The notes under the pieces were generated by a model that was given only the letters and a program-made list of their open reading frames with translations, was not told where the DNA came from and made no database searches. From Entomortierella parvispora E1425 (Eukaryota; Fungi; Mortierellomycota): DNA of 64,000 bases. Position 1 is the stretch's first letter, and the number at the start of each line of letters is the position of its first letter. The DNA lies in the NCBI GenBank assembly GCA_020891255.1, contig BQFW01000001.1:248001-312000 (forward strand), given 5' to 3'. This document shows, piece after piece, positions 60,875 through 64,000 of the stretch. The position numbers and the translations under genes were made by a program.

Positions 60875-63800
60875 TTAAAAAATGATACCGTGCTGCTCTT
60901 TGAAGGTTGTGACCAAGTCCATGCAGTTGTCCAAGTTGCTTACTGGGAGCCATTCGTCAGCTTCTCTGCCGTAGCCTTTGAATGACACTAGGAACTGGTG
61001 TTGTCTGCGGTAGAAGCGGTACTTTAAAATTTCGTCCACTTCATACTCCTCTTCGCCGTCAATTACAGTGGGATCCACGGGGGCAGGAGCTCGAATGCCG
61101 AGTGACTCCGGGGACGGCAAATAGGGTCGAAAGGTATCAACGTGGAAGACGTCATGGATTTTGTAGAATGGTGGCAGCTCGACGCGGAAGGTGACAGGTG
61201 AGTGTTGCTCCAAAAGTGTGAACGGGCCAAGGAATTGAGGTCGAAGTTTATCGGCTGGTCTGATACTGTCGGCAGGGATGGTGATATTGGTGGCACGCAG
61301 CAGGACCTTATCGCCAACCTTGTACTTGTGATCCCGTCGTCGCTTGTTTGCCTGTTGCTCCTGATGATCCTGAGCACGCTGCAGAGCATCCTGGGCCAGG
61401 GCAAGGGTGGTCGCCTGCTCAGTCAGGAAGGTATCGACAGTGGGGACTGAGCTGCTGGGTTTACCGAGGAGAGCGGTGGGGAGACGAGGGTGCTGGCCAG
61501 AGTTGAGGAAGAACGGCGAGTATCCCGTGGATGCATTGACAGCGTTGTTATAGGCGAATTCCAGTGACGGAAGGAGCTGGTCCCAGTTAGACTGCTTGTT
61601 GTCAATAAACGCTCTCAACATAGTCTTCAGCGTCTTGTTCATAACCTCTGTCTGCCCATCCGTCTGTGGGTGGTAGGCGGTTGACAGTGCAAGTTTGACA
61701 TCCATTAGCCTGTGCAACTCTTGCCAGAATCTACTAGTGAATCGAGTGTCGCGGTCCGAGATGATGGATGTTGGTGTGCCATGCAGCTTGAAGATGTTGT
61801 CAAAAAACTGGTGGGCGACGTCGACGGCTGTGGCAGAGGTAGTACTGGGGACGAAGTGAGCTTGCTTGGTCAGCTTGTCGACAAACACTGTGATGGCGTC
61901 AAAATTTCTAGCTGTGGGCGGAAGAGGGCCGATGAAGTCCATGGTGACTACCTCCCAACGTTGCGAAGGAATGGGTAGCGGTTGCAAGAGTCCAGCTGGT
62001 CGATCCTGTGAGTCCTTGTTCCTTTGACACTTCTCGCAGGTTGCTACATACTGCTGGGTATCCTTGGCGATGTGGGGCCAATATACGAAACGGCGCAGGT
62101 TGTCGTAAGTCTTTTGAAAACCAAAGTGTCCAGCAGTGGCAGAGTCGTGAGCGTCGTGCAAGAGAGTGAGGCGGATCGGGGAGTGCCGAGGGATGGCCAG
62201 GGTGGTTGCTCCACGTCGGGTAAAGTAGAGGAGGTTGTTCTGGAATGAATATCCATTGGCAACCTTCCCATCCAGGCAATCCTTGTAGATGGGTCCAAGT
62301 CGAGGATCGTCGTTGTAGTCCTGGACAAGCTGGTCACGGACGTCCGGGGACAGGGAGACGCTGAGGTTGTATAGCTCAACAGGGTCAGGCTCGCGGTAGT
62401 CCGGTCGTCGGGAGAGAGCGTCTGGGACGATGTTGTCAACTCCTCGCTTGTACTTGAAGTCAAAGTCGTATTCCTGAAGCAACTCCATCCAGCGAGCCTG
62501 TCGACGAGTGAGTTTGGGCTGTGTGGGGAAGTGGCGGAGGGTGGCGTGGTCGGTGTGGACGCTGAACTTGGTTCCATCGAGGTAGTAGCGCCAAGTGCGG
62601 AGCGCATGGATGACAGCCAACAGTTCCTGCTCATGGACAGGGTAGTTCCGCTCAGCTGACTGCATTTTCCTGGAAGTGAATGCGATGGGATGGGTATTCC
62701 CTTCCCGGTCAGTCTGCAGCAGCACTGCACCGATGGCGAAACCGGATGCATCTGTTTCGACAAAGGTGAGAGATCAGGGTCGAAGATGCGGAGGACGGGG
62801 GCGGAGCAGATGGCGCGTTTGAGCTGAAGGAATGCAGATTGTTGTTCGTCGGTCCATTTGAAGGGAGTGTTGTTGGCGAGGAGGGAAGAGAGAGGGAGGG
62901 CAATCCCTGCAAAGCCCGATACGTACTGTTGATAAAATTGCGCAAGCCCCAAAAATTGCTGGACGTCCTTTGTGCTCTTGGGGGTGGGCCAGTCACTGAT
63001 GGCTTTGCTGAGCCCGGCCGATGTTTTGATCCCGTCCTTGGTGATGGTGTGGCCCAAAAATTCAGTTTCGTCTTGCATGAAGGAGCACTTGCTCAATTTC
63101 GCGTACAGACCATTCTTGCGGAGGAGAGCCAGGACGCTTCGGAGATGCTGCAGGTGTTCTTTCTTTGTCTTGGAGTAGATCAACAGATCGTCGAGATACA
63201 CGACAACCCATTTGTCCAAGACTGGATCGAGTACTCGCAACATCATATTGGAGAACGAAGCAGGAGCGTTAGTAAGGCCAAAGGGAACAACATTGAACTC
63301 AAAGTGACCATAGCGACAACGGAAGGCAGTCTTGTGTGTGTGTGGTTCAAAGATACGCTGCTGATGATAACCGGATAACAAGTCCAACTTGGAGTAATAG
63401 CGTGCTCCACGGAAGCGGTCAAGTAGCTCGTCGATACGGGGCAACGGGTGTCTGTTCTTCCTGGTGATCTTGTTGAGGCCACGGTAGTCGACGCACATTC
63501 GGAGTGTGCCGTCCTTCTTCCGCACAAAGAGCACGGGGGCGCCATAGGGAGAGGTACTGGGTTTGATAAAACCTGCTGCTAGCAATTGGTCCAGTTGTTT
63601 GCGAAGTTCGTCAAGCTCGGCGATTGAAAGTCTAATGACAGGGCGGAAGGGTGGGTCGGCTGTCGGGTCGGTCTCGATCTTCATAGCATCACCACGGTCT
63701 AGGGGCAGGCCGTCCGGGAGTTTCTCCGGAAAGACATCAGCGAACTCTTCCATGACAATGGACCGCACCTCTGGGGTCATATCGGGAATTGTACGCGGTT

Positions 63801-64000
63801 GGTCAGTTTCTTCAGAGGGCTCTGGGGTGTTGCGAATAAGGGCCAGGAACACCTCCGAGCCGGGCAGGGTTGCCATGGAATGAAAGTGCATGTGTGTGAG
63901 GAGGAGTCCTTTGGTGCGGCTTTGGATGTGATCGGCCTTGAAGCCGCGGCAGCTCCATTTGACATCGATTCCATTGTGAGTGAAATGAAGATCGTTGGTG
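60875..64000 (-). CDS. pol: Retrotransposon pol: RT, RNase H, integrase, chromodomain; one frameshift at about 62770; open at the window edge
   Basis: RT YLDD; RNase H ETDASGFAIG (restored by adding one base) and ELLAV; integrase HHCC, D-D-E (VTMDF, SDRD, QTEVMN) and LGPF; chromodomain EYEVDEIL...FLVSFKGY...EWLP. Confidence 0.93.

Larger units (their letters stand above)
60600..64000 (-). mobile_element. Ty3/gypsy LTR retrotransposon (chromovirus), 3' part
   Basis: pol domains, polypurine tract AAAAGGGGAAGG (60865-60876) and a 3' LTR starting TGTAAC at 60864 and ending ...GTCA at about 60600. Confidence 0.93.

Overview
Eukaryotic, intron-rich fungal DNA, most consistent with Mortierellaceae (inferred from the Crinkler families, the dual histidine kinase, F-box/LRR genes and GT-AG introns with CTRAC/CTAAY branch sites). 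In order, the window holds: a dual hybrid histidine kinase (2134-11083); a small secreted Cys-rich protein; a tandemly duplicated effector-like block (about 13.0-27.9 kb) with two Crinkler NTPase-REase genes carrying different N-terminal headers, decayed CRN and XPG/FEN1-like nuclease pseudogenes, HEAT-repeat fragments and a solo LTR; a 1.2-kb palindromic hairpin array; a C2H2 transcription factor; aprataxin; an EEF1AKMT4-like methyltransferase; F-box genes; tandem membrane-protein paralogs; a 3.1-kb inverted repeat; a decayed ~125-bp array; and the 3' part of an Hda1/Clr3-like deacetylase with a Ty3/gypsy chromovirus in one of its introns. The highlight is absent from the supplied ORF track: a three-exon gene (40761-42432) encoding a 408-aa, 101-Cys modular metallothionein-like protein with 11 eight-Cys repeats, preceded by a dense cluster of TGACA/TGTCA motifs. 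All exon structures and counts are from manual reading; no database searches were run.
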